DNA of 64,000 bases from contig MU054187.1 in assembly GCA_013239625.1 (NCBI GenBank), positions 20,056,897-20,120,896 on the forward strand. Direction: 5' to 3'. Origin of the DNA: Lama guanicoe. Taxonomy: Eukaryota. The notes below the pieces were generated by a model that saw only the letters and a program-made list of their open reading frames with translations, did no database searches and was not told the origin of the DNA. Made by a program: the position numbers and the translations under genes. Below, piece after piece: positions 63,690 through 64,000 of the stretch (position 1 is the first letter of the stretch; each line of letters starts with the position of its first letter).

Positions 63690-64000
63690 AAACGGAAGAA
63701 GGCGTTTAATTTTCACCCAGTAATTACATGCTCTACAGTATTACCTCCAGAATACGTTTTTCCCTGAGTAATACCTTTCCTCTATTCTCCAACCACAAGC
63801 GCCCTGTGGTAATTGTCATGATGTCTGATTCACTGGCCGCAGTATCGTCATGCATAGTTTTAATTAAGTCTGGAAAGGCGCACTTTCGCGCCGCCGGTGG
63901 CCCGGCATTCTCAGGCTGCGGTCCTGGTACCCAGCTTGTAACCGTCCTCTTGCTGTGTTAAACGGCTGCTCGCTGTGTATGGCTGTTGGACTTGACCTTT
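63690..64000. promoter_or_regulatory. CpG-enriched candidate regulatory element at the window edge
   Basis: 16 CpGs in 63690-63975; TTTCGCGC (E2F consensus) at 63884-63891 overlapping a CTCF-like GCCACCGGCGGCGC on the minus strand (63888-63901). Confidence 0.45.

Noticed and set aside
1..64000. Inferring a host gene strand from repeat orientation
   Set aside because: L1s occur on both strands in similar numbers, and the LTR skew (7 plus, 2 minus) is too small a sample.
1..64000. CRISPR array, operon or other prokaryotic or viral system
   Set aside because: The sequence is mammalian and repeat-laden, with no regularly spaced repeats and no long non-transposon ORFs.

Overview
This is AT-rich, CpG-depleted mammalian genomic DNA, almost certainly camelid, judged from a vic-1-type tRNA-Ala SINE at ~59.6 kb. 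I found no supportable host protein-coding gene, tRNA, rRNA or CRISPR array. The ORFs I can recognise are decayed LINE-1 ORF2 or LINE-2 RT fragments; the rest look like chance ORFs. The window is intergenic or deep-intronic and is filled with layered transposon relics: old MIR, L2, L1M, MLT and hAT elements, a Tigger1 derivative, two ERV1-class solo LTRs, and about a dozen younger 5'-truncated L1s, three with twin-priming inversions. The structures best worth follow-up are a 62-bp near-perfect duplication beside a probable break-repair scar (60.6-62.7 kb), a diverged ~130-bp duplication 1 kb apart (17.4/18.4 kb), a MER41-like LTR with an altered STAT site, several CTCF-like motifs, and a CpG-rich E2F/CTCF patch at the right edge. 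I do not see evidence for a new biological system. Repeat family names come from recalled consensus sequences, not a database search, and boundaries of old repeats are approximate.
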